Positions 47,049 through 55,801 of a stretch of 64,000 nt of DNA are shown one piece after another. The first letter of the stretch is position 1. Every line of letters begins with the position of its first letter. The translations under genes and the position numbers were made by a program. Source of the DNA: an uncultured Candidatus Saccharibacteria bacterium (GTDB lineage Bacteria > Patescibacteriota > Minisyncoccia > Phycocordibacterales > UBA9973); NCBI GenBank assembly GCA_964474435.1, contig CAYYSI010000002.1, positions 26,193-90,192 of the forward strand. Reading direction: 5' to 3'. The notes beneath the pieces are model-generated. The model was not told the DNA's origin. It searched no databases and saw only the letters and a list, made by a program, of their open reading frames with translations.

Positions 47049-47990
47049 TTACGCAGCTTGCTTTAGGTCGTTACAGTACCCTATTATCGTCTGATATGCT
47101 TCATCTTTTTCAATAAGGTCACAGTACTTATCTACAACATCTTGGTTGTCTGCAATGATGTTTTGTACCACAATATATGCTCGCCCATATACTTCAGCGA
47201 TCCCACTTTTACCTTTGTGTTCTGCGTACGTTCTATATGCATCGAATTGAGCACTTTTTTCGAGCCATGCTTTCACACGAGTGGGATGCTTAGCAAGCAA
47301 CGCATCATCACCATCAGCCCAAAACTTTAATGCCTGCACTGCGTGATCATAATCAAGTGCAATCACCGCAAGAGGTATTGCTGTACTTTCATCAGTATCA
47401 GCCCGTTCATAATACTTTGCCTCGCTTAACTTGTCGTGATCTATAAGATTTTTGACCCGATTAAGCTTCTTAATAATAACTTCTGGACGACGCGAAAGCG
47501 TAACATCTATTGCCACACCAAACTGTTCTTGGTCGAGCTCAACGATGAAATCAATACCATTTTTAAAATCATCATATTCTGCTGTCTTATAGACCATTGC
47601 TCCTGGCAACCAACCATCCTTACCCCCAAGTTTTTCATAAAAAAGAGCTTCAACGTATCGCGATGTTTCCATAATCTCTTGCTGCCATTCGTAGTTATCT
47701 GCTTCAAGTTCCTTGGACTTATTTTTTATATCAAAATTTCTCTTTATAGAGAGTATCTCTTCTTTATCTTTTTCTACCTCTTCTGCAGAATATAACCCGG
47801 CATGCTTTACACCCTGCTTATCTATAAAGGTGCCGAAGTCTTCTTCTAAAAGGGCGCCATCATGCATCTCCTGCAACTTAGTATTCAAAAATTCCTTTTC
47901 GTGTCGTGAAAATACTTCTGGTTTTTGTGGCAGTGCCGAAGCAAATGTTTCGTGTGACATATCGTTATAACAACTCTGGTATCTCTGACA
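47049..47990 (-). CDS. hypothetical protein
   Basis: About 310-aa ORF with no recognised domain. The start is uncertain (ATG 47990 or 47897); the ORF-caller version overlaps the upstream HAD gene. Confidence 0.4.
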   Translation of the reverse strand, partial: CQRYQSCYNDMSHETFASALPQKPEVFSRHEKEFLNTKLQEMHDGALLEEDFGTFIDKQGVKHAGLYSAEEVEKDKEEILSIKRNFDIKNKSKELEADNYEWQQEIMETSRYVEALFYEKLGGKDGWLPGAMVYKTAEYDDFKNGIDFIVELDQEQFGVAIDVTLSRRPEVIIKKLNRVKNLIDHDKLSEAKYYERADTDESTAIPLAVIALDYDHAVQALKFWADGDDALLAKHPTRVKAWLEKSAQFDAYRTYAEHKGKSGIAEVYGRAYIVVQNIIADNQDVVDKYCDLIEKDEAYQTIIGYCNDLKQAA

Positions 47991-48597
47991 AACTCTCAAC
48001 CTGTTTCCATGCATACGGCGCGAGCTCTTTATTATCACCAAGCAAAATACCTTTTGCGTGCTTGAAAAGCTCGAGGCCATTACCCCCATCTTCGACACAA
48101 ATAATTTCCTTTATATCAACTCCATGTTTTTCGCAAAAATCCCCTACCAGTTTAAGTTTGCCATCTCGCTCATCTCCTACCATCGTTTCTATATTAATGA
48201 ATTCATTATTCTCATTGAATACGACTGTGCTTTTTGAAAACCAAATATCTATTCCGAGTTTTTGCGCTATTGTTGCAACAATACTATCGATTGAGCCAGA
48301 AATTATTGCAACAGTATATCCCTTCGCTTTCGCATCATTGACAACTCCTTGCGCATCGGGACGCAATACAACATCTTGAGCTAATGCAACAAGCTCGTCT
48401 TTGGTGATGAGAGAGTTCCTTTTATAAAGCAGCATAAGAGCGTCTATCCAGTCTCGGTATGCCAATTTTTCTTTGAGGTATTTTTCAAAGAGATCCTTAT
48501 CTTCTTCGATAGATATACCGAGCTTCATATTAAGTGCAAGCCAAGTTGGTTGTGGCGTCAGTGTTCCGTCGAGATCAAAGAAAATAACTTTTTGCAT
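47965..48597 (-). CDS. HAD-superfamily hydrolase (subfamily IB-like)
   Basis: N-terminal FFDLDGTLT motif I, later S/T and K...DGGND-like motifs. Confidence 0.7.
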   Translation of the reverse strand: MQKVIFFDLDGTLTPQPTWLALNMKLGISIEEDKDLFEKYLKEKLAYRDWIDALMLLYKRNSLITKDELVALAQDVVLRPDAQGVVNDAKAKGYTVAIISGSIDSIVATIAQKLGIDIWFSKSTVVFNENNEFINIETMVGDERDGKLKLVGDFCEKHGVDIKEIICVEDGGNGLELFKHAKGILLGDNKELAPYAWKQVESLSEIPELL

Positions 48598-48601
48598 ATT
48601 G

Positions 48602-48674
48602 TGCGCCCTGAGGGATTCGAACCCCCGACCTTCGCTGTGTAAAAGCGCTGCTCTACCAACTGAGCTAAGAGCGC
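48602..48674 (-). tRNA. tRNA-Val (TAC)
   Basis: Acceptor GCGCUCU/AGGGCGC, D-arm GCUCAGUUGGUAGAGC, anticodon loop UUUACAC, T-loop TTCGAAT. Confidence 0.85.
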
Positions 48675-48723
48675 GTGGTTATTATATTGATGTATTTATG
48701 CGTCTCCTTCCATATTGTTTTAT

Positions 48724-48795
48724 TGTTCTGCTGTGCCCCCGGTAGGAATCGAACCTACAATAACGGCTTAGAAGTCCGCAGTTATATCCATTTAA
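48724..48795 (-). tRNA. tRNA-Arg (TCT)
   Basis: Acceptor GCCCCUG/CGGGGGC, anticodon loop CUUCUAA, T-stem GUAGG/CCUAC with TTCGATT; one A-G mismatch at 31-39. Confidence 0.7.
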
Positions 48796-48823
48796 CTACA
48801 GGGGCTTTCTCGAGGGCGCAAAG

Positions 48824-50050
48824 CTACTGTACCACTGAGGCAGTATTTTGTGAAGCGTAGTGACTTGTGAAAAATTGATATCCCAATACACACACTGCTC
48901 CCAGCACCACCGCAAGCACAACACTCAACGCAATCATTCCTGCTTTCAAAAAGCTGTGGCGGATGTGTTCTCGGTGGACTATGGCATGCTCTGCTGCAGG
49001 CGGGAGCAGTGATATGGTTGATGGTTTTGCGGCAAGGGCAAGTCCGATCGCTGCAGCGTAGGGTGCTGCTGCTTCACGAGTGATGACAGGGATCACATCA
49101 TCAAATGAAAAGCAGTTTTCCCAGACATTTGCTTCGACGATGTTGTGTCCGATCGTCGCACTGAGGTAGTCCGCAAGTCCTGGTACCACACTGAGCTCTC
49201 CCGAGAGCAAGAACTTGCCCAAGTTTGCATCATCGGGATGCCACGTCTTTTGTTCATGCCAGTAGATCGATGCGCGCTTGACCATGTCTTCGACGGCAAC
49301 GAGGGACTCTCCGAGTTCTTGAAATGCAGCTGCGCCTTCGCCTTTTGGAGTGATACCGTGCATGTCGCGGAGTGTGCGTGCTCGATCATGATCCACACCA
49401 TGGATGCGTGCAATGATGTCGGTAAGGTCTGCGCCTCCAAATGCCATAACGCCTGTCATGAGCGGCATGCCGTCTGCAAGCACACTCACCGCAGTATCAG
49501 TATCGTGCACGTCGACGAGTACGAGATATGGCTCGTCTTTGTTTGTGACTGCTCGCGCGAGCGCTGCGTGCCTCGGCTCAATACCAATCACGGCAATACC
49601 TGCGGTCGCACATGCGCCCAGGTATGCATCGAGCACATTTCGCTCTACAAAAAATACTTGCACTGCGATCCCTGCTGGAGCTCGCCCAATCACTCGATAA
49701 TCAAACATCGTCGTCGCATGATTGCGACCTACTGCATCGAGATGTGCACCGACTGCATGTCTGATATTGCTATGCGTCTTTGAAGGCAGGATGATGAGCT
49801 CAGTCGTCACCACACTTTCAGGCAGAGACGCGTATGCACGACGGATGCCTGTAGATTTCTTTACGTGTTTCAGGTATGCAGCTGCGCGAGCGCGATCAAT
49901 GATCCTACCCCCTTCTACAACACCTTCGGGCCATTTGAATGATCCGTATGCAACAGGCACCATGCCCACACGACTTGGACGCAATCGCATCACACGAATA
50001 TGCGTCGAAGAAAAATCGATCCCGACATGATCGGAAAAGAGACGCTCCAT
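48824..50050 (-). CDS. actin-fold ATPase of the PilM/FtsA family with a C-terminal TM segment; GC-rich
   Basis: N-terminal VGIDFSSTHIRVMRL (phosphate-1 motif of PilM/FtsA), two ASKHA subdomains, C-terminal hydrophobic helix; start at ATG 50050 (MERLFSDH). Confidence 0.5.
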   Translation of the reverse strand: MERLFSDHVGIDFSSTHIRVMRLRPSRVGMVPVAYGSFKWPEGVVEGGRIIDRARAAAYLKHVKKSTGIRRAYASLPESVVTTELIILPSKTHSNIRHAVGAHLDAVGRNHATTMFDYRVIGRAPAGIAVQVFFVERNVLDAYLGACATAGIAVIGIEPRHAALARAVTNKDEPYLVLVDVHDTDTAVSVLADGMPLMTGVMAFGGADLTDIIARIHGVDHDRARTLRDMHGITPKGEGAAAFQELGESLVAVEDMVKRASIYWHEQKTWHPDDANLGKFLLSGELSVVPGLADYLSATIGHNIVEANVWENCFSFDDVIPVITREAAAPYAAAIGLALAAKPSTISLLPPAAEHAIVHREHIRHSFLKAGMIALSVVLAVVLGAVCVLGYQFFTSHYASQNTASVVQ

Positions 50051-50102
50051 AAATTTCACACGTACGGACGACATTACTACATAGTATATGCTATGTTGCG
50101 CG

Positions 50103-50435
50103 CTATCGCACTGGTGCACCAGGTGCAACGTCGGTTTCTGGCACCAAAAATACCGGCGAACCATCTATTCCATCAACTGCCATGAGCATGCCATTACTTT
50201 CAAGCCCCATCATTGATCGCGGTGCTAGGTTAATAACAAAAAGAAGTTGTTTCCCAACCAATGACTCTGGTGTGTACCATTGTCGTATCCCCGAAAGAAT
50301 CTGTCGCGGAGATTCCTCTCCGAAATCAAGCGAGAGTTTGATCAGCTTTTCTGATCCTTCAACTGCTTCTGCCGCCAGCACCTTCCCAATCCGCGCTTCT
50401 ACTTTTTTAAATTCATCTATAGATATAGTTTCCAT
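50103..50435 (-). CDS. CsaA/Trbp111-like tRNA-binding protein (EMAP/MetRS C-terminal-domain homologue)
   Basis: 110 aa; IGKVLAAEAVEGSEKLIKLSLDFGEE...LLFVINLAPRSMMGLESNGMLMAV matches the OB-fold tRNA-binding domain. Confidence 0.75.
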   Translation of the reverse strand: METISIDEFKKVEARIGKVLAAEAVEGSEKLIKLSLDFGEESPRQILSGIRQWYTPESLVGKQLLFVINLAPRSMMGLESNGMLMAVDGIDGSPVFLVPETDVAPGAPVR

Positions 50436-50450
50436 GGAGTGTATTGTATG

Positions 50451-50831
50451 TTACTTTTTCTGCTTATCAAGAAACCTCTGCAAAATAATCGCCGCTGCAC
50501 TATCGTCTCTTTTCCCTGCGTCTACCTGATACCGATGTGCTTCAACAGTCGAAAATCCTTCTCGTTCAAAAAAAATTGGGAGTGATGTTGCGAGTGAAAG
50601 CTTTGCTTTGAATGCGTTGACGACTTGTGTAAGTTCATTTGGTTCGCCGTTAGTTGCCACTGATTCCCCGATGATGATCGCGCCTATGTTTTCCTCTGCA
50701 CAGAGAGTAGTAATCTCTTCGACAGACTTCCCTGTTTCAAAGATTGCCTTGGGGAATGCAAATGATCCATCGTCGTCAGATATCGCGACTCCGACGCGTT
50801 TGGTCCCATAATCAATCCCAAGATATTTCAT
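50451..50831 (-). CDS. ruvX: Holliday-junction resolvase-like YqgF/RuvX
   Basis: MKYLGIDYGTKRVGVAISD and an RNase H-like fold. Confidence 0.8.
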   Translation of the reverse strand: MKYLGIDYGTKRVGVAISDDDGSFAFPKAIFETGKSVEEITTLCAEENIGAIIIGESVATNGEPNELTQVVNAFKAKLSLATSLPIFFEREGFSTVEAHRYQVDAGKRDDSAAAIILQRFLDKQKK

Positions 50832-50910
50832 ACGCAAAGCCTAACACAATGGCGTTGAAAATCCATATCTCCTATGGTACAGTGGCACTGCGTCGACACG
50901 CACACCCTAG

Positions 50911-50997
50911 GAAGCGTGGCAGAGTGGTCGAATGCACCTGTCTTGAAAACAGGAGTCCTCGTAAGGGGACCGTGAGTTCGAATCTCACCGCTTCCGC
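50911..50997 (+). tRNA. tRNA-Ser (TGA)
   Basis: Acceptor GGAAGCG/CGCUUCC, 3-bp D-stem, anticodon loop CUUGAAA, long variable arm, T-loop TTCGAAT, discriminator G. Confidence 0.9.
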
Positions 50998-51021
50998 AAA
51001 TTTGTAGTACACTTTCTATAT

Positions 51022-51342
51022 ATGGATATCATCAAAGGAAAAGTTTCAGGGTTTATGGACTTCATACGAGAACAAGGTGTTGTGGGGCTTGCGATCGGTT
51101 TCGTGCTTGGAGGTGCAGTATCAAAAACAGTCTCATCATTGGTCGACAACATCATCAATCCCCTCGTCGGACTCGCCATGGGCAAAGTTGACCTCGTCGA
51201 CAAGGCGATCGTTGTGGGCAATGCAACGATCAAATGGGGTGCCTTTGTCTCTACTATCATCGACTTTGTCATCATTGCAGCAGTGGTGTACTTTGGCTTC
51301 AAAGCCCTCGGTCTCGACAAACTCGATAAAAAGAAAGAGTAG
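51022..51342 (+). CDS. mscL: large-conductance mechanosensitive channel
   Basis: FIREQGVVGLAIGFVLGGA.....SLV..II.P and a second TM; 106 aa. Confidence 0.85.
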   Translation: MDIIKGKVSGFMDFIREQGVVGLAIGFVLGGAVSKTVSSLVDNIINPLVGLAMGKVDLVDKAIVVGNATIKWGAFVSTIIDFVIIAAVVYFGFKALGLDKLDKKKE

Positions 51343-51367
51343 TCATAGCGCGTGATATACTTTCTCC

Positions 51368-51823
51368 ATGGAAATGCTTTCATGGACTGCGCTCGAATTT
51401 GAAGAAAAAGATCGCCACCCTGACTGGCTCTGGTATGCAGCCCTCATATTTGGTATCGCAGCAACGCTTTCATTCTTTTATGGCAACATTTTCTTTGGGA
51501 TATTCCTCGTGATCGCAGGTGCAAGTGTCATCATGTTTGCCATGCGCAAGCCCAACATGATGACCGTGGCATTCCATGAAAAGGAGCTCCAGATCGACAA
51601 TGACCATATCGCCTACGAGCGCATCAAGCAGTTCTGGATTGACGAATCTGGGAAACCAGATAAGCTGTTACTGCTCGTCAAAGGTTCGTTCGTGCCCATG
51701 CTCTCCGTCCCCCTTGCTGGGGTGACGGCAGAGGCAGTACGGACCGAAATGACCAAGCATGCGCCCCAAGTAGAAATGCGGGAGTCGCTCGGCACCAAAG
51801 TCGCCGATCGCCTCAATTTCTAA
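51368..51823 (+). CDS. hypothetical membrane protein
   Basis: Two N-terminal TM helices, then a soluble about 90-aa domain. Confidence 0.4.
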   Translation: MEMLSWTALEFEEKDRHPDWLWYAALIFGIAATLSFFYGNIFFGIFLVIAGASVIMFAMRKPNMMTVAFHEKELQIDNDHIAYERIKQFWIDESGKPDKLLLLVKGSFVPMLSVPLAGVTAEAVRTEMTKHAPQVEMRESLGTKVADRLNF

Positions 51824-51831
51824 CACAATAC

Positions 51832-51903
51832 GCTCTCGTCGTTCAATGGATAGGACGTAACTTTGCGGAAGTTATGATATAGGTTCGATTCCTATCGAGA
51901 GCA
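51832..51903 (+). tRNA. tRNA-Arg (GCG), an unusual anticodon
   Basis: Acceptor GCUCUCG/CGAGAGC, anticodon stem UAACU/AGUUA with loop UUGCGGA (G37), T-stem AUAGG/CCUAU with TTCGATT. Confidence 0.7.
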
Positions 51904-51959
51904 CAAGCCCAGTTGCAATTTAAATTTGAATCAGTAGTATAGGATTCAAATCAATTGTC

Positions 51960-52250
51960 ATGATAACTAAAGAAGATTTTGCTAAAGCGGCAACAGGTTC
52001 AAAAATACTCGATTCTGAAAATCAAACATGGATTTTTTCAGATGATCCTTATGATGATATTAACCTTAATGTTGAGGAACCAATCCGGGCACTTATTCCA
52101 CCAGAAGGAGTTTTTGATTTAGAAGAAGGACAAACGAATATCCTGGTCATACTTACTGAACACTGGGGAGAACATCGCCGTTTTCTGGATAGTAAAGATA
52201 ACGGGTACTTAGAAAATCTGTGTGGTAAAGAAACAAAACTTGTTGCGTGA
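51960..52250 (+). CDS. hypothetical protein in an AT-rich islet
   Basis: 96-aa ORF with noticeably lower GC than its flanks, directly after a tRNA and before a strong terminator. Confidence 0.35.
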   Translation: MITKEDFAKAATGSKILDSENQTWIFSDDPYDDINLNVEEPIRALIPPEGVFDLEEGQTNILVILTEHWGEHRRFLDSKDNGYLENLCGKETKLVA

Positions 52251-52277
52251 AAAAAGAGCTCGTTTGAGCTCTTTTTT
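52250..52277. terminator. rho-independent terminator
   Basis: AAAAAGAGCTC-gttt-GAGCTCTTTTTT perfect hairpin. A second hairpin AGCCTGC-gtga-GCAGGCT at 52297-52314 serves the convergent minus-strand gene. Confidence 0.75.
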
Positions 52278-52509
52278 ATTTTATATAACCAACAAAAAAG
52301 CCTGCGTGAGCAGGCTGTGGGAAATCAAAGCTGTTAAAAGAAAACTCTTGCCAGAATTATTAGGGCAATGATAATTATTGCTTTTACTATTCCTGGCAAA
52401 ATATTCCTTTTCTTCTTTGATTGATTCTGTTGACTCTCTTTTAACTTTTCTAACGGACTCATCTAAATAGGGTTTTCCCTACTCTATACCCAAGCTGCTA
52501 AAAGTCAAT

Positions 52510-52773
52510 CTATTTCACTTCTGCCCACGTCTTTAATTCCTCATATTCCACTTCCCCGCACAACCACTTCTTGGTCTCGCTATTGAAATAAAATGGAACC
52601 CCGCCACACGCATCACCCTTGTCGCATTCCTTGATGAACTCCATATTGCGTTTGTCATGCCAGACTTCTTTGCGAATGACTTTGACATCTGGATACTCTT
52701 TCATGAGCTTGGTCGTGAGCTCGCGCATGCGCATGCAGTGTGGACACTCTTCACCATAGAATTCATATAACAT
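52510..52773 (-). CDS. glutaredoxin/thioredoxin-like small redox protein
   Basis: 87 aa with a CPHC active-site motif near the N-terminus. Confidence 0.6.
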   Translation of the reverse strand: MLYEFYGEECPHCMRMRELTTKLMKEYPDVKVIRKEVWHDKRNMEFIKECDKGDACGGVPFYFNSETKKWLCGEVEYEELKTWAEVK

Positions 52774-52932
52774 TCCGACAGTATAGCATCCGCCGAGCGA
52801 GGCACTGCGTACATATTTGTTTGTCCGCAGAAATATAGCTTGGTATCCGTTTGCGGATTATATTTCGAGGATTAGAAAACCCTCCGCAGGAGAGGGTTTT
52901 CGCAAATAAATATGTACGCGGTGCTGAGCGCC

Positions 52933-53193
52933 TTACTTCTCTTTTGCCATCTTTGAAAGTCGGGCTTTCTTTCGAGATGCGGTGTTTTTCTTGATGACAC
53001 CGTTCTTTGCAGCCTTGTCAATTGCACTGTAGGCTTCAGAAAGTGCCGCCTTTGCATCCTTCCATTTCTTTGCAGTTGCGAGCTTTTCGATACCCTTTAC
53101 CCCTTCTTTGAGGGATTTCTTGGTGCGAGTATTGATCGCGTTTTTCTTGAGGGACACGCGAAGTGCTTTTTTGGCGTTTCTGGTGATAGGCAT
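52933..53193 (-). CDS. rpsT: 30S ribosomal protein S20
   Basis: Lys/Ala-rich 86-aa helical protein: NAKKALRVSLKKNAINTRTKKSLK...KNGVIKKNTASRKKARL. Confidence 0.85.
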   Translation of the reverse strand: MPITRNAKKALRVSLKKNAINTRTKKSLKEGVKGIEKLATAKKWKDAKAALSEAYSAIDKAAKNGVIKKNTASRKKARLSKMAKEK

Positions 53194-53281
53194 AGTGGCA
53201 AAACTATAGCAGGATTGTGCTATTTACGCAATGGTTGCGCAATAGCCCCAAATGGGACGCCAAATTTGCTATGATAGTGGC

Positions 53282-53827
53282 ATGATTGCCCGCATCCATG
53301 GCGACGTCGTCGATATATATGACAAAGGTGTCGTCATTGATACTGGCGCACTTGCCTATGCGGTCTATACACCAGCAGCACTTGGGCTCGGCAGCACGGT
53401 CACCCTCCATACCCACCTCGTCATCAGAGATGATGCACATGAGCTCTACGGATTTGAGACAAGTGAAGAAAAGTCTCTCTTTACAACACTCATCAGTGTC
53501 AGCGGTGTTGGTCCCAAAAGTGCGCTCCAGATACTGATGATGTATCCGATCAGTGAACTCGTGCGATGCATCCGTAGTGGGGATGCCAAAGCGATCTCGC
53601 TCGTCCCAGGCATTGGCAAGAAAACTGCCGAGAAAGTCATCATCGACCTCAAAGACAAACTTGCCGGATACGCCGCAACCGAACACGCCGGATCAAACGA
53701 TCTCGTCGAGGCCCTCCTATCGCTGGGCTTCAAAGAACACGATATCCGAAACGCACTCCCAACCGTCGATACCACTCTCCCACTCGAACGCCAGATCACT
53801 GCCGCACTGCAGATATTGAAAAAATAG
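53282..53827 (+). CDS. ruvA: Holliday junction branch-migration protein RuvA
   Basis: MIARIHGDVVDI..., helix-hairpin-helix LISVSGVGPKSAL and LVPGIGKKTAEKV, C-terminal RuvB-interaction domain. Confidence 0.85.
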   Translation: MIARIHGDVVDIYDKGVVIDTGALAYAVYTPAALGLGSTVTLHTHLVIRDDAHELYGFETSEEKSLFTTLISVSGVGPKSALQILMMYPISELVRCIRSGDAKAISLVPGIGKKTAEKVIIDLKDKLAGYAATEHAGSNDLVEALLSLGFKEHDIRNALPTVDTTLPLERQITAALQILKK

Positions 53828-54015
53828 CGCTATACTCTATATATGCATTCTGAATTAAAATGGTTCCTCCTCCTCTTTGTCGGTCTCTGGCTTGCATGGC
53901 TCGTGACGGGTGGCCCAGGACGAACTAATATAAATCGCACTCATCCATTCCTCGAACAACCAAGTGAAGGCGGTGAGATCTATACTCTCGACGAACTCAA
54001 AGATCGTTCTCGTCC

Positions 54016-54501
54016 TTAGATTCCAAGCATTCTAAATAGTGCAACCCCTGCGGCAACAGACACATTGAGTGACTCCTTCTTTCCTTCCATTGGGATCTGA
54101 GCGACAATGTCACATTGTTTCAATACTGATGGGGGCACTCCTTCAACTTCGTTGCCAAGAATAAATGCGACAGGTGGTTTTATGGTTACTATTTTATAAT
54201 CCACCGCTTTTGATGACTGTTCGATCGCAATGATTTGTACTCCTTGAATGTGAAGTGTGTGGATCAAATTGTTGATATCGTCGTACATTTCCCAGGCAAT
54301 TGTCTTTTCTGCACCAAGGGCTGTTTTGGCAACGTCACTGCGTGGGCGACCAAACCGATCAAGAGGTGTTGGGGTGATAGATGAAAGATATATACGATCT
54401 ATTCCTACAGCATCAGCTGTACGGAAGAGTGCGCCGACATTTTGTGCGCTCCTGATGTCATTCAGGATCAAAATTTTGGAATCGGCCGTCATTGATTTCA
54501 T
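54016..54501 (-). CDS. SpoU/TrmH-family RNA 2'-O-methyltransferase
   Basis: LILNDIRSAQNVGALFRTADAVG, LGNEVEGV, and the SPOUT knot region ...LNVSVAAGVAL. The ORF-caller extension runs across tRNA-Lys and is rejected. Confidence 0.75.
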   Translation of the reverse strand: MKSMTADSKILILNDIRSAQNVGALFRTADAVGIDRIYLSSITPTPLDRFGRPRSDVAKTALGAEKTIAWEMYDDINNLIHTLHIQGVQIIAIEQSSKAVDYKIVTIKPPVAFILGNEVEGVPPSVLKQCDIVAQIPMEGKKESLNVSVAAGVALFRMLGI

Positions 54502-54546
54502 ACGAAAGCAATGGTATAGTTTCTGACGCAATTTGCAAATAAACAT

Positions 54547-54619
54547 GCCCCTATAGCTCAGTTGGTAGAGCAGCTCCCTTTTAAGGAGACGGTCGTAGGT
54601 TCGAATCCTACTGGGGGCA
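54547..54619 (+). tRNA. tRNA-Lys (TTT)
   Basis: Acceptor GCCCCUA/UGGGGGC, D-arm GCUCAGUUGGUAGAGC, anticodon loop CUUUUAA, T-loop TTCGAAT. Confidence 0.9.
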
Positions 54620-54623
54620 CAAC

Positions 54624-55352
54624 TTACACCCCTGCAATCACTATCGCCCCATACAACACCACTGCCCCTGCAATCGTCGCAATCGTCGTCCAAAGCGTCG
54701 GATGACTGTGATGACTTTCGGGAAGCAGATCACTTGCACCGATGTAGAGGAAGAATCCTGCAAAGAGTGCGAGGATCATACCGAGGACATTTTCTGGTAC
54801 TGAAAAAAAGAGTGTCGCAACGATACCGAGCACTGGCGCAATCGCATCCACCGCAAGCCATTTGCGAGCAGTCTGGATGGTTCCACCATTTTTGAGGATC
54901 ATATTGACCGTATTGATCCCATCAGAAAAATCATGCACGAGCACTGCGGCAGTCACCGTTGCACCAACTGCAGCCGAGACTTGGAATGCGAGTCCAATCG
55001 CAATACCATCGAGGAAACTATGGAGTGAGAGTGAGCTTGCGCCAAGCTTGCCGCGTGATTGTTTTTGTTCATGCACATGATCGTGTCCATCATCATGGTG
55101 ATGGCTGTGCAAAATAATAAACCGATCCAAAATCATAAAGACAAAAAATCCGATTGCAGTGATGAGGAATACTGCGCCAGGTTCGCGTCCGCCGAGTTCG
55201 AATGCTTCGGGCAAGAGATCAAAGAATGCGACAGCAATCACCGCTCCAGCACTAAAGCCGAGAATGAGGTGAAGCTTGTCTTTAAACTTGAGCGCAAACA
55301 TCCCACCGAGGTAGGTGGCGAGGAATGCACACATGGCGATTATGATAGTCAT
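54624..55352 (-). CDS. ZIP-family divalent metal transporter (ZupT-like)
   Basis: About 8 TM, His-rich loop HSHHHDDGHDHVH, conserved HSFLDGIAIG and HDFSDGI motifs. Confidence 0.8.
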   Translation of the reverse strand: MTIIIAMCAFLATYLGGMFALKFKDKLHLILGFSAGAVIAVAFFDLLPEAFELGGREPGAVFLITAIGFFVFMILDRFIILHSHHHDDGHDHVHEQKQSRGKLGASSLSLHSFLDGIAIGLAFQVSAAVGATVTAAVLVHDFSDGINTVNMILKNGGTIQTARKWLAVDAIAPVLGIVATLFFSVPENVLGMILALFAGFFLYIGASDLLPESHHSHPTLWTTIATIAGAVVLYGAIVIAGV

Positions 55353-55425
55353 CCGTGTATCATGCCACCGATTTCACAAATATGGAAGTTGCAAAAAATG
55401 CCTGCGCGCGATACGGTACTAGTAT

Positions 55426-55797
55426 ATGAAAAAATCAAATTGGATCTGGATTGTGATTGTTGTAGTGATCGTTGGTGGACTTGTGTCACTCCTCGTCGTG
55501 CAAGCAAAGAAGCCAGGCAAGTATGATGGCCTCGCACAATGTATCACTGACAGTGGTGCGACATTCTACGGTGCGTTTTGGTGTCCACACTGCCAAGCAA
55601 CCAAGGCAATGTTCGGCAAGTCTGCAAAACTCCTCCCGTATGTTGAATGTTCACAACCAAGCGGCAAAGGCCAACTCCCAATCTGTGACGAAGCTGGCAT
55701 CAAGGGATACCCAACGTGGAGATTTACTGACGGCACTGAGCTCAATGGTGAACGCACACTCCAAGAACTTGCAGACAAAACAAACTGCACCATCTAA
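55426..55797 (+). CDS. membrane-anchored thioredoxin-fold protein (DsbA-like partner of the DsbB below)
   Basis: N-terminal TM; FWCPHCQA active site; stop lies 4 nt before the dsbB ATG. Confidence 0.6.
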   Translation: MKKSNWIWIVIVVVIVGGLVSLLVVQAKKPGKYDGLAQCITDSGATFYGAFWCPHCQATKAMFGKSAKLLPYVECSQPSGKGQLPICDEAGIKGYPTWRFTDGTELNGERTLQELADKTNCTI

Positions 55798-55801
55798 CTA
55801 T

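Noticed and set aside
49145-49783. 212-aa plus-strand ORF and several other long ORFs antisense to the PilM/FtsA-like gene
   Set aside because: They are Cys/His/Arg-rich translations of the opposite strand of a high-GC gene (few stop codons by chance). The minus-strand frame has the recognisable actin-fold motifs.
53843-54019. 58-aa plus-strand ORF (MHSELKWFLLLFVGLWLAWLV...) between ruvA and the SpoU gene, with its stop overlapping the SpoU stop
   Set aside because: Below size threshold and no supporting homology; could be a genuine small membrane peptide but evidence is insufficient. Similarly a 42-aa TM peptide ORF on the minus strand at 52328-52456.
54016-54693. ORF-caller 225-aa version of the SpoU methyltransferase extending upstream
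   Set aside because: The extension runs straight through the tRNA-Lys gene (54547-54619) and is Cys/Asp-rich nonsense; the real start is the ATG at 54501 or 54492.
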